A stretch of 64,000 nt of DNA, taken from Mobula hypostoma. Lineage: Eukaryota. Each line of letters begins with the position of its first letter. Positions within the stretch are counted from its first letter, which is position 1. Under the pieces are notes generated by a model. It made no database searches and was not told where the DNA came from. It saw nothing but the letters and a program-made list of their open reading frames with translations. Both the position numbers and the translations under genes were made by a program. Positions 25,444-38,797 of the stretch are shown here, piece after piece. The stretch lies in assembly GCF_963921235.1 (NCBI RefSeq), contig NC_086108.1, positions 96,598,001 to 96,662,000 of the forward strand, given 5' to 3'.

Positions 25444-25969
25444 CTATTATATAAGATATAATGCAAGATTTAAAATAACACAAAAAATAAAATCTGATGA
25501 CAATAATATACTCAATTCTCAATTGCAGCTGAAAGCTTTTATTTTTTTTTAAACAGACAATTTCTTGACAGGGACACTATTTTGTCTTATCATTTCAATT
25601 ATATCAACAAAGAATCTTAACATTTTAAATCTAATCTGATGCATAAATGTATCACACAGATGTAAGTAAATGGAGAAGGAGATCACCCCACTATCTAATG
25701 GAAGAATAAGCCTGAGAGAAGTAATAGCCTATTGCTATCCCTTTTATACTATCTGTACTATTTCAAAATAATCTTAAGGCTTTTGTATGTCAATACCCTA
25801 CTAGCATACTGTACATATTGTCCTCCTTTAGAGGTCAGATGAAAATCTGTAATTTGTTCCTGTTTTAGACAAAGTGAGCAATAAATAGTAAAAATTTCCA
25901 GAAGTGTTGAAGCGTTGGGTACATGTTAATCTTCAACTGCACAATCAGTAACAACTACGTGGATACTAT

Positions 25970-27270
25970 TTCAAAGTTCAAAGTAAATTTATCATTAAAA
26001 TACATATATATCACGATTTACAATCCTGAAATTAATTTTCTTGTGGGCATACTAAATAAATCCATAAAAGAGTAATAATCAGAATAGAGTCAATGAAAGA
26101 CGGCACCAACCTGGGCATTCAAACAGTGTGCAAAAGACAATAAACTGCAAATACAAAAATAAAGACATAATAGTGATAAATAAATAAGCAATAAATATTG
26201 AGATCACTAGATGAAGAATCCTTGAAAGTGAGTCCAGAGGTTGTGGGAACATTTCAATGATGGAGCAAGTGAAGTTGAGTGAAGTTTATCCCCTATGCTT
26301 CAAGAGCCTTATGGTTGAGGTGTAATAACTGTTCCTGGGTCTGGCAGTGTGAGGCTTGGGGCTCCTGTACCTTCTTCCTGATGGCAGCAAAGAGAAGAGA
26401 GCATGACTTGAGTGGTGGGAGTCCCTGACTATGGATGCTGATTTCCTACAACAATGCTTCCATGTAGATCTGTTCAACAGTGGGGACAGCTTTATCTGTG
26501 ATGGAGTGGGCTGTATCCACTAATATTTGTAGGATTTTCCGTTCAAGAGAATTGGTATTTCCATACCAGGCTGTGATGTACCCAGTCAATATACTCTCCA
26601 CCACACAATAAGACCATATGACATAGGAGCAGAATTAGGCCCATCATATCCGCTCTGCCATTCAATCATGGCTGATCCATTTTTCCCTTCCTCAACCCCA
26701 ACCCCAGCCTTCTCCCCGTAACCTATAATGCCGTGTCCAATCAAGAGCCTATCAATCTCTGCCTTAAATACCAATGACCTGGCCTCCAGAGCTGTCTGCG
26801 GTAATAAAGTCCATAAATTCACCGCCATCTGGCTGTGAAATTTCTCCACATCAGTGTTTTAAATGGACGCCCCTCTCTATACTGAGGCCGTACACTGTTG
26901 TCCTAGACTCCCCTGCCATGGGAAACATGCTTTCCACATTTACATTGTCTAGACGTCCAACATTCGAAAAGTTTCAATGAGATCCTTCCTCATCCTTCTA
27001 AATTCCAGTGAGTACAGACCCAGAGCCAACAAATGCTCTTCGTATTTTAACATCTATAGAAGTTTGTCAAAGTTTTAGATGTCTTGCTGATTACTTGCAA
27101 TCTCCAAAGGAATTAGAGGCGCTGCTGTACTTTCTTCCTGATTGCATTTATGTGCTGGACCATGGCAGGTGCTCTGAAATAACACCGAGGAATTTAAAGT
27201 TGCTGACCCTCTCCACCTCTGATCATCTGAGGACTCGCTCATGGAGCTTTGGTGCCCTCCTCCTAAAATA
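25970..27270 (-). mobile_element. Rex1/Babar-type 3' fragment interrupted by a CR1 3' fragment (about 26605-27040)
   Basis: HALFSLLPSGRRYRS and NLKLLTLST segments flank a CR1 tail (AVNLW..., EIDRLLI). Confidence 0.75.
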
Positions 27271-27532
27271 CTGAACTTCTGTAGACCTCTTGTTATCCAT
27301 GACTGCAGATTGTCTTTGGATATATTTGGATACACATAATTAAGTAAAAAATGTAATTTTCTTCCAATCATTACAACCCTTCCTTTCTGCAGAAATGAAC
27401 AGTTTTAGTTCCAACCTGGTACTAGTTCAGTAGGTAAATATCCTGCTGCAAGGGCTGGGAATTGTAGAATTGCAGGTTGATGCACAGCTGGGGATTTCCC
27501 AATGATTAGTTCTATAGAAATTGAGCATCTGT

Positions 27533-27592
<60 letters not shown>
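27533..27592. repeat. Compound microsatellite (TC)n(AC)n
   Basis: Directly visible. Confidence 0.97.
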
Positions 27593-27594
<2 letters not shown>

Positions 27595-30262
27595 ATCCCA
27601 AATATCTGCACAGTAACAGATGGAATTCTGCATAAAACTGTCAGCATTTTATGTTAAGTCTAAACCAATATATTATTGTTTTCTGTTGCCTTATTATTTG
27701 TCATCCCTTTTCTAAATCTAAGACTTCAGCCCACTGTGTCTGTGCCAAACATCAAGCATCTATTTTCACTAATCTTACACTAATCCCATTTTATTTTCCC
27801 CACATCCATAAGACCAGAAGACCATAAGCTACAGGAACAGGATTAGGCCATTTGGCCCATTGAGCCTGCTCCACCATTTCATCATGGCTGATCTATTTTT
27901 CCTCTCAGCCCTAATCTCTTGCCTTCTCCAATATCCCTTTATGCCCTGACCAGTCAAGAATCTATCAACCTCTGCTTTAAATATACATAAAAGTTTTGGC
28001 CTCCACAGCTGCCTGTGGCAATGAATTTCACAGATTCACTACTCTCTGGCTAAAGAAATTCCTCCTCGTCTCTGTTCCAAAAGGATACCCCTCTATTCTC
28101 AGGCTGTGCCCCCTGGTCTTAGACACTCCCACCTTATAAAACATCCTCTCCACATCCACTCCATCAAGGCCTTCTACCATTCGATAGGTTTCAATGAGGA
28201 CTCCTCTCATTCTTCTGAATTCCAGCGAATACAGCTGTAGAACCATCAAACAGTGTTCATATGACAAGTTATTCAATCCTGGAATCATTTTCATGAAGCT
28301 TCTTTGAGTCCCTCCAGTTTCAGCACATCCTTTCTAAGATAAGGGGCCTAAAACTGTTCACAATACTCCAAGTGAGGCCTCACCAGTGCTTTATAAAGTC
28401 TCAACATTATGTCCTTGCTTTTATATCAAATTCCTTTTGAAATGAATGCTAACAGAGCAATTGCCTTCCTCACCACAGACTGAATCTGCAAATAAACATT
28501 TAGGGAATCCTATACGAGGACTCCCAAATCCTTTCGCGCCTCAGGTTTTTGTATTTTCTCTCCATTTAGAAAATAGTCAACCCTTTCATTACTTCTACCA
28601 AAGTGCATGACCATACACTTCCCGATACGGCATTCTATCTGCCATTTTTTTGCCCATTCTTCAATCCTGTCTAAGTCCTTCTGTAGCCTCTCTTTTTCTT
28701 CAAAACTACCTGCCCCTTTACCTTTGCAACAAGCCATCAATTCCATCATCCAAATCATTGACATATAATGTAAGAAGAAGCGATCCCATCACAGACCTCT
28801 GTGGAACACCACTAGTCACTGACAGCCAACCAGAAACAACTCCCTTTGCCTCCTGTCAAATCAGCCACAGTTTTATCCACACTAGAATCTTTCCTGTACC
28901 ACAGGCTCGTAGCTTATTAAGCAACTTCATGTATGGCACTTTGTCAAAGGCCTTCTGAAAATCCAAATACAAAACATTAACTGAATCTCCTTTGTCTATC
29001 CTGCTTGTTCTTTCTTCAAAGAATTCTAACAACTTTGTCAGTCAAGATTTTCCCCTGAAGGAACCATGCTGACTACAGTTTGTTCTATCATGTGCCTCCA
29101 AGTACCCTGAAACCTCATCGTCAACATCTTCCCAACCACTGAGGTCAGACTAACTGGCCTATAATTTCCTTCAACTGCCTTTCTTCCTTCTTGAAGAGTG
29201 TAGTGACATTTTCAATTTTCCAGTCTTTGGAACCATTCCAGGATCTAATGAGTCTTGAAAGATCATTACTAATGCCTCCGCAATCTCTTCAGCTATCTCT
29301 TTTAGGACCCTGGGGTGTACACCATCAGGTCCATGTGACTTATCTACCTTCAGATCTTTCAGCTTTCCATGAACCTTCTCCCTAGTAATAGTAACTTCCA
29401 CACTTCATGACCTGTGACACCTGGAACTTCCAGCATATTGCCAGCGTCTTCCACAGTGAAGACTAATGAAAAATACTTGTACAGTTCATCTGCCATTTCC
29501 TTGTCCCCCATTATGACCTCTCCAGCATTGTTTTCCAACGGTTCAATATCCACTGTCACCTCTCTTTCACAATTTATGCATCTGAAGAAATTTTTGGTAT
29601 CCTCTTTAATAATATAGGCTAGCTTACTTTCATATTCCATCTTTACCTTCTTAATGACTTTTTTAGTTGCCTTCTGTTGGTACTTAAAACCTTCCCAATC
29701 TAATTTCCCACTAATTTTTGCTCTATTATAGACCCTCTCATTGGCTTTTATGTTGGCTTTGACTTCTTTTGTTAACCATGCTTGTGTCATCTGGCCTTTA
29801 AAATACTTCTTCCTCTTTGGGATGTGTATATCCTGTGCCTTCCGAACTGCTTCCAGAAATTCCAGCCATTGATACTCTGCTGTCATCCCTGCTAGTGTTC
29901 TTTTGCCATCAATTCTGGCCAACTCCTCTCCCATGCCTCTGTAATTTCCTTTACTCCACTATAATACTGATACATATGACTTTAGCTTCTCCTTCTCAAA
30001 TGTCAGGGCGAAGTCGATTATAGTATGATCACTTGCCCTAAGGGCTCCTTTATCTTAAACTCTCTAATCAATTTAGTTTGTTGCACAACACCCAATCCAG
30101 AATAGCTGATCCCCTAGTGGGCTCTACCATGAGCTGCTATAAAAAGCCATCTCACGGGCATTCTAGAAATTCCCCCTCTTGGAATCCCACACCAACCTAA
30201 TTTTCCCAATATACCTGCATTTGAAATCTCCCATGGCTATTGTAACATTGCCTTTTTAGCAT

Positions 30263-31626
30263 CACACACAAAATGCTGGTGGAACGCAGCAGGCAAGGCA
30301 GCATCTATAGGAAGAGGTACAGTCGATGTTTCGGGCCGAGACCCTTCGTCAGGACTAACTGAATGAAGAGATAGTAAGAGAATTGAAAGTGGGAGAGGGA
30401 AGGGGAGATCCGAAATGATAGGAGAAGACAGGAGGGGGAGGGATGGAGCTAAGAGCTGGAAAGTTGATTGGCAAAAGGGATACCACGCTGGAGAAGGGAG
30501 AGGATCATGGGACTGGAGGTCAAGGGAGAAAGAAAGGGGGAGGGGAGCATCAGAGGAAGATATAGAGGGACACAGGGAGAAAAAAGAGAGAGAAAGAAAG
30601 GGGGAAAATAAAATAAATAAATAAATAGGGGATGGGGTAAGAAGGGGGTAAAGATGGCATTAACGGGAATTAGAGAAGTCAATGTTCATGCCATCAGGTT
30701 GGAGGCTACCCAGACGGAATATAAAGTGTTGTTCCTCCAACCTGAATGTGGCTTCATCTTGACGGTAGAGGAGGCCACGGATGGACATATCAGAATGGGA
30801 GTGGGACGTGGAATTAAAATGTGTGGCCACTGGGAGATCCTGCTTTCTCTGGCGGAGAGACCATGGATGTTCAGCAAAACGGTCTCCCAGTCTGCATTGG
30901 GTCTCGCCAATATATAGAAAGCCGCATCGGGAACACCGGATGCAGTTTATCACCCCAGCCGACTCACAGGTGAAGTGTCGCCTCACCTGGAACGACTGTC
31001 CGGGGCCCTGAATAGTGGGGAGGGAGGAATGTATAAGGGCATGTGTAGCACTTGTTCCGCTTACAAGGGTAAGTGCCGGGAGGGAGATTGGTGGGAAGGG
31101 ATGGGAAGGATGAATGGACAAGGGAGTCGCATAGGGAGTGATCCCTGCGGAAAGCAGAAAGAGGGGGTGAGGGAAAGATGTGCTTGGTGGTGGGATCCCG
31201 TTGGAGGTGGTGGAAGTTACGGAAAATTAGATGTTGGACCCAGAGGATGGCTGGTAGGTGAAGACAAGGGGAACCCTATCCCTAGTGGGGTGGCAGGAGG
31301 ATGGGGTGAGAGCAGATGTGCGTGAAATGGGGGAGATGCGTTTGAGAGCAGAGTTGATGGTGGAGGAAGGGAAGCCCCTTTCTTTAAAAAAGGAAGACAC
31401 CTCCTTTGTCCTGGAATGAAAAGTCTCATCCTGAGAGCAGATGCAGCGGAGACGGAGGAATTGCGAGAAGGAGATGGCATTTTTACAAGAGATAAAGTGG
31501 GAAATGGAATAGTCCAGGACACAGCTTATCTACTGATGTCTATTATAAGCCTACGGACTCTCACAGCTACCTGGATTATTTTGTGTGTGTTGCTTGAATT
31601 TCCAGCATCTGCAGATTTCCTCGTGT
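30263..31626 (-). mobile_element. Penelope-like element (GIY-YIG) with an inverted 5' segment, inserted in CR1
   Basis: ORF 30660-31121 is a GIY-YIG domain. pLTR sequence at both ends. TSD ttgcctttttag(c/t)at at 30248-30262 and 31627-31641. Confidence 0.9.
30320..30357 (-). ncRNA. Hammerhead variant (GAAAC-AUC) in a PLE pLTR
   Basis: uaguc-CUGACGA-a-gggucucggccc-GAAAC-AUC-gacug. The G>A change breaks the C-G pair of stem III. Confidence 0.6.
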
Positions 31627-34573
31627 TTGCCTTTTTAGTATGCATTTTCTCTCTCCCATTGTAATTTGCAGACCACATCCTTAAACTGTTTTGGGGTCTG
31701 TATATACTTTTACCCTTGCAGTTCCTTAGTTCTATCCACAATGATTCAACATCTTCTGACCTTATGTCACCTCTTTCTAATGATTTAATTTCATTTTTTA
31801 CCAACAGAGCCACGCCACCCCCCCCACCCTCCTGCCTATCCTTTTGATACAATGTATATTCTTGGAAATTAAACTCCCAGCTATTATCTTCTTTCAGCCA
31901 TGATTCGATGATGCCTACAACATCGTACTTGCCAATCTGTAACAGTGCTACAAGTTCATTGACCTTATTCTGTATATTTCAAATATAACATCTTTAGTCT
32001 TGTATTCACCCTTCTCGGTTTTGTCCACTTTTACATTGCAACTCATCTTGTTGACTGCAATTTTGCCCAATAATCTGACTCTCCTTGCTTTGAGTCTCAT
32101 TATACATTGCCTCTGTTTGCAAACTAATTACCTCATCTTCAGCACTACTACTCTGGTTCCCATCCCCCTGCCAAATTAGCTTAAACCCACCCGAACAACT
32201 CTAGCCAACCTGCCTGCAAGGATATTGGATCCCCCTCTGGTTCAGGTGTTACCCGTCCCTTTTATATAGGTCATACCTTCCTCAGTAGAGATTCCAATGA
32301 TCATAAATGTAAAACCCCTGCCCCCTGCACCAGTTCCTCAGCCACGCATTCACCTGTCAAATCATCCTATTCTTACCCCCACTGGCACAGGCAGCAATCC
32401 AGAGATTACTACTCTGGAGGTCATGTTTCTCACCTTTCTACCTAGCTTCCGAAAATCTACCTTCAGGACCTCGCCACCTTGACTATCTATGTCATTGGTA
32501 CTGATATGTACCAAGACTTCTGAATGCCATGGACATGAGCCGAGACATCCCTTTTCCTGGCACCAGAAAGCCAACATCCACCCATGCATCCCTATTGCGC
32601 CCACAGACCTCGTCCCTGTTCCTCTGACTAAAGAATCTCCTATTAACATTGCAGTCCTCTTCCCCTCTCCACTTTTCAGAACCACAGCACCAGGCTCAGT
32701 GCCAGAGACCTGGTCACTGTGGTTCCCCCCGGTAGGTCATCCCCCTCAATAGTATCTAAAGTTACATACTTATCATTGAGGGGAACATCCACAGTTGTTC
32801 TCTGCACTGGCTGTGCACTTCTCCTACTTCTCCTGACAGTCACCCAGTTACCTGTCTCCTGCAACCTAAGGATAACTACCTCCCTGTAGCTCCTGTCAAT
32901 CATCTCCTCATTCTCCAGTATGAGTTGAAGGTCATCAAGCTGCAGCTCTAGTTCCTTAATACATTTTCTCAGGACCTGTAGCTCGGTACACCTAGTGCAG
33001 ATGTGTTTATCTGGGAGTCTGGAGGTCTCTCAGGCTTCACACAAAATACTGCCTCTGGAGCTATTCTCACTATACTATGCACTGATAGATGAGGAATGAA
33101 CAAATAAGAACACAGAGAGAGTTACAAGACAATCTAACTGTCACTTCCACTGGTCAATCTCTCCCCATGCATTTTTCATGGCCGTTGGCTGCTTTATTGA
33201 TATTGATGGACCGAAAATCTTCCAAACTTTTCTCTCTGCATTGTACGTATCGAATATGAGAAGTTGGATATTGGTTACTGCATGAAATTGGAAAAGCAGG
33301 ATTTTGATATTTAAGGCATTTAACCCTTGGAAAATAAAAGTCAAAGAGAAATAAGAATATTCAACTACAATCACAAAGATGGAATGGAAAGTGACACAAA
33401 ATTAATTTAAAATACAAGAAACACACGCAATACATCATGCTAAGAGTAGAATGTGTAGTGATAAAAATCAGAGAATGACATAGGAAAGACAACAGTTGAA
33501 CACAGAAGCAGCAAAATAATATGTGTATTACTACTGACAAGACATGGACACTCACACATCAAACTCAAAACAATCCATATATAAATTCTTATATGTGGGG
33601 AAATATTTTAAAAAGGCAAAAAAAAGCATTTCTTACTAAGTTTGTAAAATTTGGTCTGAAAGTAGCAAAAACCTAATGATTTGTTAATTTCCTCAGAAAA
33701 AGCTATCAAAGTAGGTTAAACTTGACTGGTCCTTTCCAGTAAACATATAGGACACAATACAATGTTTTACCCAATTTAACAAAAAAGAATATTGCCTAAC
33801 TTCAAGAAGTAATGACACAGAGAACTTGTTAAATTTCATTACAAATTTTTCTGTACATTAGAAAAAAATCCCAAAACTGAGAAATATAGTCCAAATTAGG
33901 TATAGTCAAACACTCAACTGGGAATCAGGTGGCCAATTCCAACCGGGAAAAAAAAGATATCAGTAAATGGTGCTTACCTCCTTCATAGTGGTCAGAAAAA
34001 TTAATTAGATATTTTCAAGTTTCATATCATCCTCAAATATTTTCTCATAATGCAGAAGGCCATCTGACCCACCACGTCACTACCAGTTCTTAAAGCAATT
34101 CACTTACGTATTTCCCTGTAACTTATTCTCTCCAATGTGCCCATCAACTCCCCCAAATTCTTTTGCCACTTACCTATAATAAGAACAATTTATATCAGCC
34201 TACCAAGCAAACAACCAGCACATCTTTAGGATGTAGGAGGTAACCAGAAACCATGGGGGAAACACATGCAATCAAAGGGAGAACAAACAAATTCCACAGA
34301 GCCAGAGGTCAAGACTGAGCCTGGGTCATTACAGCTGCATTATTTGCTGCATCATTGTGTAATCCCTTATAGATTTGCATTCAAATACTACAGCTGCTAT
34401 AGTGGAATTTTTAGAACCTACATCTCTGCATCAATGATCCTAAACTCCAACCATTATCCCAGTAACAACCACTATGCTACTAAACTCATTTTTAAAAAAC
34501 ATGCAACATTAAATAACTATTTCAACATTTCATTCAAATATTCTAATATTTTGTTTTCAAATTAGCAAATTAC

Positions 34574-34665
34574 CAGTTCAGGTAGAGTTTCATTTCCACT
34601 GACCAAGAAGAAGATCTTCATTGTTTCAAATGCAATAGAATAGCGGGCCATTAACTTTCCAGTTT
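34574..34665 (-). CDS. HFM1: HFM1 coding exon (E)TGKLMARYSIAFETMKIFFLVSGNETLPEL
   Basis: 92 nt, tttaatag acceptor, CTG|gtaatt donor, phase 1 to 0. Start of the Sec63 region. Confidence 0.93.
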
Positions 34666-34757
34666 CTATTAAACATAAAGGAGAAGGTTACACATTTCAT
34701 TGATCATTAACAGTTGTATTATTAAAATTATTAGAAAATATGTAAATAAATCTCCAC

Positions 34758-34838
34758 CTGTAGGTTTGAAATTGATTTCTTCATCCATTCTTAACAATCC
34801 AATAGAAGACAATGCTTGCAAATTCTTCAGGCATAGTT
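34758..34838 (-). CDS. HFM1: HFM1 coding exon (E)LCLKNLQALSSIGLLRMDEEINFKPT(E)
   Basis: 81 nt, aaacag acceptor, CAG|gtggag donor, phase 1 to 1. Followed by a 92-nt intron. Confidence 0.92.
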
Positions 34839-35664
34839 CTGTTTCAGCAATAAGAACTAGATTTTATCACACATTCATTGATTGGTGTGTGAAATCTAAC
34901 TAATAAGTTATTTTCATTCATTCACAGATCTCTTCTTAATACTCTGAATAAGGGGATCTTTGAGAAGATAGCTTTGAAATGGATACCCAGTGTTTCACTA
35001 GTAAAACTCCACACTTGTGCAATGGATATAAGAAATTATGCATTTCCCTATCAACAGTGACAAAATTTTCATTTATGTACCCTTTCAGACATGGCAAAAT
35101 GTTTCAAGGTACTCTGCATCTTTGTTATCTAGTAAAATTTGACACTGAGTCATATAAGGACAAATGATTAAGAAGTTTCAAAAAAAAAGATCAAATAAAT
35201 TCAAAAATAAGTAAAAAATCAGAAATAGCAGAATACAAAAATATCAAAAGCTTATACAAATAGAGACACCATGGATCAATGTGATGGCAAAGATTATAAT
35301 TCTAAATTCAAATGGTAAAATTTATTCCCATCTCTTTCCCTGCTCAAGGTGTTAAAATTGTTGTCATTTTCCTAACAATCAATCCTAAGGGATTATGTGG
35401 ACAAACTGTACACCAATAACCACAAAATATTCAAACACATAGGCCAGTTTAAATTCAGCCACGTTAAATCAAAGTGAAATCTATTTCCTTTCTGCTGCAA
35501 CTGTTGGCATTATTCAATCTTAATCAACATAGATCATGATGCAAAAAAAATTGTTCAACAATTACACCTCAGATTCCTTTAATCAAAATTAATCTTATTG
35601 ACTTAAAAAAATTCTGGTAAATAGGCTTCCACAATGTTTCAATGACACAAATTACATCAAGTAC

Positions 35665-35712
35665 CTTGCAACTTTGCTTCAATTCCAGCTCTGTCAAGAC
35701 CAGCAGCAAAAC
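35665..35712 (-). CDS. HFM1: HFM1 coding exon (G)FAAGLDRAGIEAKLQ(E)
   Basis: 48 nt, ttctcttcttcag acceptor, AAG|gtactt donor, phase 1 to 1. Confidence 0.92.
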
Positions 35713-36196
35713 CTGAAGAAGAGAAATGTTTATAATCATTGAACTCTTAGGTAGGTATAAGTTATCACTTCTCAGGTATCCATATACACATTAAATTTAA
35801 TTCTTAGATCACAGTTTGAAAATCTATTGTGCAAATTGTGGTTGGTTATTAGTTTAATGGTTCCTTAAGGTTGTTAGAGTCGGGGATGGTAATGTGGACA
35901 AGCTGCCACTACCTAGTAAATGCTCCAAATGGCATGTGCCTCAAATAGCCTCTGATAACCAATGCCAGTTCCTGGCATTCACATGTAGTTTAGCTCCTAA
36001 GCCCAGCAGAACCGTTCCTACTGACAGGAGAAGGGGAAAACCTGGATTACTGGTACCTTAAAACCAGTCACTTCAGGCAAATGGGGCTTGTTAGCCATGG
36101 TTGGTAGCTCATCTAGGAGAAAGAAAACTCTCCAGAGTCCAATGATTTTTGAAAGATAATTGCTAATGCCTCCACAATCTCTAACATTATCTTTTT

Positions 36197-37865
36197 CAGA
36201 ATTAGAATCCAGTTTATTATCACCGGCATGTCACATGAAATTTATTAACTTAGCAGCAGTAGTTCATTGCAATACATAATCAAGCAGAGAGAGAAAAAAA
36301 TGAATAATAATGAAAATAAAACATAATAAATAAACAAGTAAATCAATTACGTATATTGAATAGATTTTTTAAAATGTGTATTTTAAAAAAAGTGAGGTAG
36401 TGTCCAAAGCTTCAATGTCCATTTAGGAATCGGATGGCAGAGGGGAAGGAGCTGTTCCTGAATCACTAAGTGTGTGCCTTCAGGCTTCTGTATCTCCTAC
36501 CTGATGGTAACAGTGAGAAAAGGGCACGCCCTGGGTGCTGGAGGTCCTTAATAATGGATGCTGCCTTTCTGAGACACTGCTCCCTAAAGATGTCCTGGGT
36601 ACTTTGTAGGCTAGTGACCAGATGGAGCTGACTAGATTTACAACCTTCTGCAGCTTCTTTCGGTCCTGTGCAGTAGCCCCTCCATACCAGACAGTGATTC
36701 AGCCTGTCAGAATGCTCTCCACGGTTCAACCATAGAAGTTTTTGAGTGTATTTGTTGACATGCCAAATCTCTTCAAACTCCTAATAAAGTATAGCCGCTG
36801 TCTTGCCTTCTTTATGACTACATCAATATTTTGGGACCAGGTTAGATCCTCAGATTTCTTGACACTCAGGAACTTGAAGCTGCTCATTCTCTCCACTTCT
36901 GATCCCTCTATGAGAATTGGTATGTGTTCCTTCGTCTTACCCTTCCAGAAGTTCACAATCAGCTCTTTCGTCTTACTGATGTTAAGTGCCAGGTTGTTGC
37001 TGTGGTACCACTCCACTAGTTGGCATATCTCACTCCTGTACGCCCTCTCGTCACCACCTGAGATTCTACCAACAATGATTGTATCGTCAGCAAATTTGTA
37101 TATGATGTCTGAGCTATGCCTAGTCACACAGTCATGTGTATACAGAGAGTAGAGCAGTGAGCAGGAGTGGCACACACCCCTGAGTGCACCAGTGTTGATT
37201 GTCAGTGAGGAGATATGTTATCACCAACCCTCACAGACTATGGTCTTCCGGTTAGGAAGTGGAGGATCCAATTGCAGAGGGAGGCACAGAGGCCCAAATT
37301 CTGCAACTTCTCAATCAGGATTGTGGGAATGATGGTATCAAATGCTGAGCTATAGTCGACGAACAGCATCCTGACATAGGTGTTTGTGTTGTCTAGGTGG
37401 TCTAAAGCCGTGTGGAGAGCCACTGAGATTGCATCTTCCGTTGACCTATTGTGGCGATAGGCAAATTGCAATGGGTCCAGGTCCTTGCTGAGGCAGGAGT
37501 TCAGTCTAGTCATAGCCAACCTCTCAAAGCATTTCATCACTGTCTCACTGTCGATGTGAGTGCTACTGGGCGATAGTCATTAAGGCAGCCCACATTCTTC
37601 TTCTTTGGCACTGGTATAATTGAAAATGTCCTTGAACACTCCCGCTAGTTGGTTGCCACAGATTTTCAGAGCCTTACCAGGTACTCCATCAGGACCTTCT
37701 GCCTTACGAGAGTTTACTCTCTTTAAAGACAGTCTAACATTGGTCTCTGAGATAGAGATCACAGGGTCATCAGGTGCAGCAGGGATCTTCACAGCCATAA
37801 TTGTGTTCTCCCTTTCAAAGCGTGCGTAGAAGGCATTGAGTTCATGTAGTAGTGAAGCATCGCTA
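36197..37865 (-). mobile_element. Rex1/Babar-type LINE inserted in a CR1 fragment (CR1 pieces about 36130-36197 and 37866-38110)
   Basis: [33 protein letters not shown] and KFADD motifs. The flanking CR1 halves rejoin across tcagaa. Confidence 0.9.
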
Positions 37866-38797
37866 TCAGAACCCTAGGGTGCAGTTCACCTTCTCCCTTG
37901 CAATAGTAACTGCACTCACTTTTCTTCCTTCACACTCAACAATGTCTGGCTGACTGCTAGTGTCTTCCACAATGAAGACTGATGCAAAATACTCATTTAG
38001 TTCCTCTGCCATCTCCTTGCTCCCTGTTATTATTTCTCCAGCCTCATGTTCTGGCGATCTTATATCCACTCTCATCTCTCTTTTAATTATTTTACATACT
38101 TGAAAAGTTGTTGCTATCCACAAGTGACCATCAGATGTGGAACATACCAGGGTGATGCACTATCCCCACTGCTGTTATGCACAGGCTTGAAACCCCCTCA
38201 GCTATTTCATCTCAAAGAGTGGATATGGGTACGGGTTCAAGAGTGGAGTCACCATCATCCACCTCTTAAACATGGATGACATCAAGCTCTATGCTAGAAA
38301 TGAAAGACGCATTTACTCACTAATCTACCTGACAAGGGTGTACAGGAGAGACACTGGGACTAGAAAAGTGTAGTTGGATGGTAGTGAAAAGCGGCAAACT
38401 CATCAAAAGGAGTTGAATTACCTCAAGGCCATGTACCAGATGTACAGGACAGCTACAAATACCTAGGGATCCTGCAGGCACATGGAAGCCACAATGAGGA
38501 CACAAAGAAGGCTGCAAAGGGTGAGATAGATCCTAAAAAGCCAGCTGAATGGGAAGAATATGATCAGAGCCATCAACACATTCGCCCTACCAGTCATCAA
38601 ATACCCAGCCGCAGTAGTGTTTTAGTCAAGGAACAAACTGGAAGCCGCTGACTTCAAGACCCAGAAACTTCTGACAATTCCATTCTAAGTCCAATGTCGA
38701 GTGACTGTACCCACCAGAATAATAGAGTTTGGGGACCAGGAAGTATCAAGGCCACAGTCCTGGAAGAAATGCGAAACATCCATGAGTATGTCAGGAA

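Larger units (their letters stand above)
27808..33050 (-). mobile_element. Near full-length decayed CR1 LINE (ORF1 esterase plus ORF2 EN/RT), split by a PLE
   Basis: SGNH-type ORF1 motifs IGDSLVRG, VHISTND and SGLLPVP. EN motif DRQEGGGGGVALLV. RT motifs GPDGVHPRVLKE and LQKDLDR..EWAKKW. 3' end FFSQRVVNL with a short-repeat tail. Confidence 0.9.

Noticed and set aside
27405..27647. ORF with VCVC/ERER repeats
   Set aside because: Artefact of translating the (TC)n(AC)n microsatellite.
33141..33350. Exon-like stretch on the minus strand (ttttccaag acceptor, two long open frames)
   Set aside because: It lies in a phase-0 intron, where the in-phase reading is GGT TAA (immediate stop). The donor is weak, there is no HFM1 similarity, and the flanking exons already join seamlessly.
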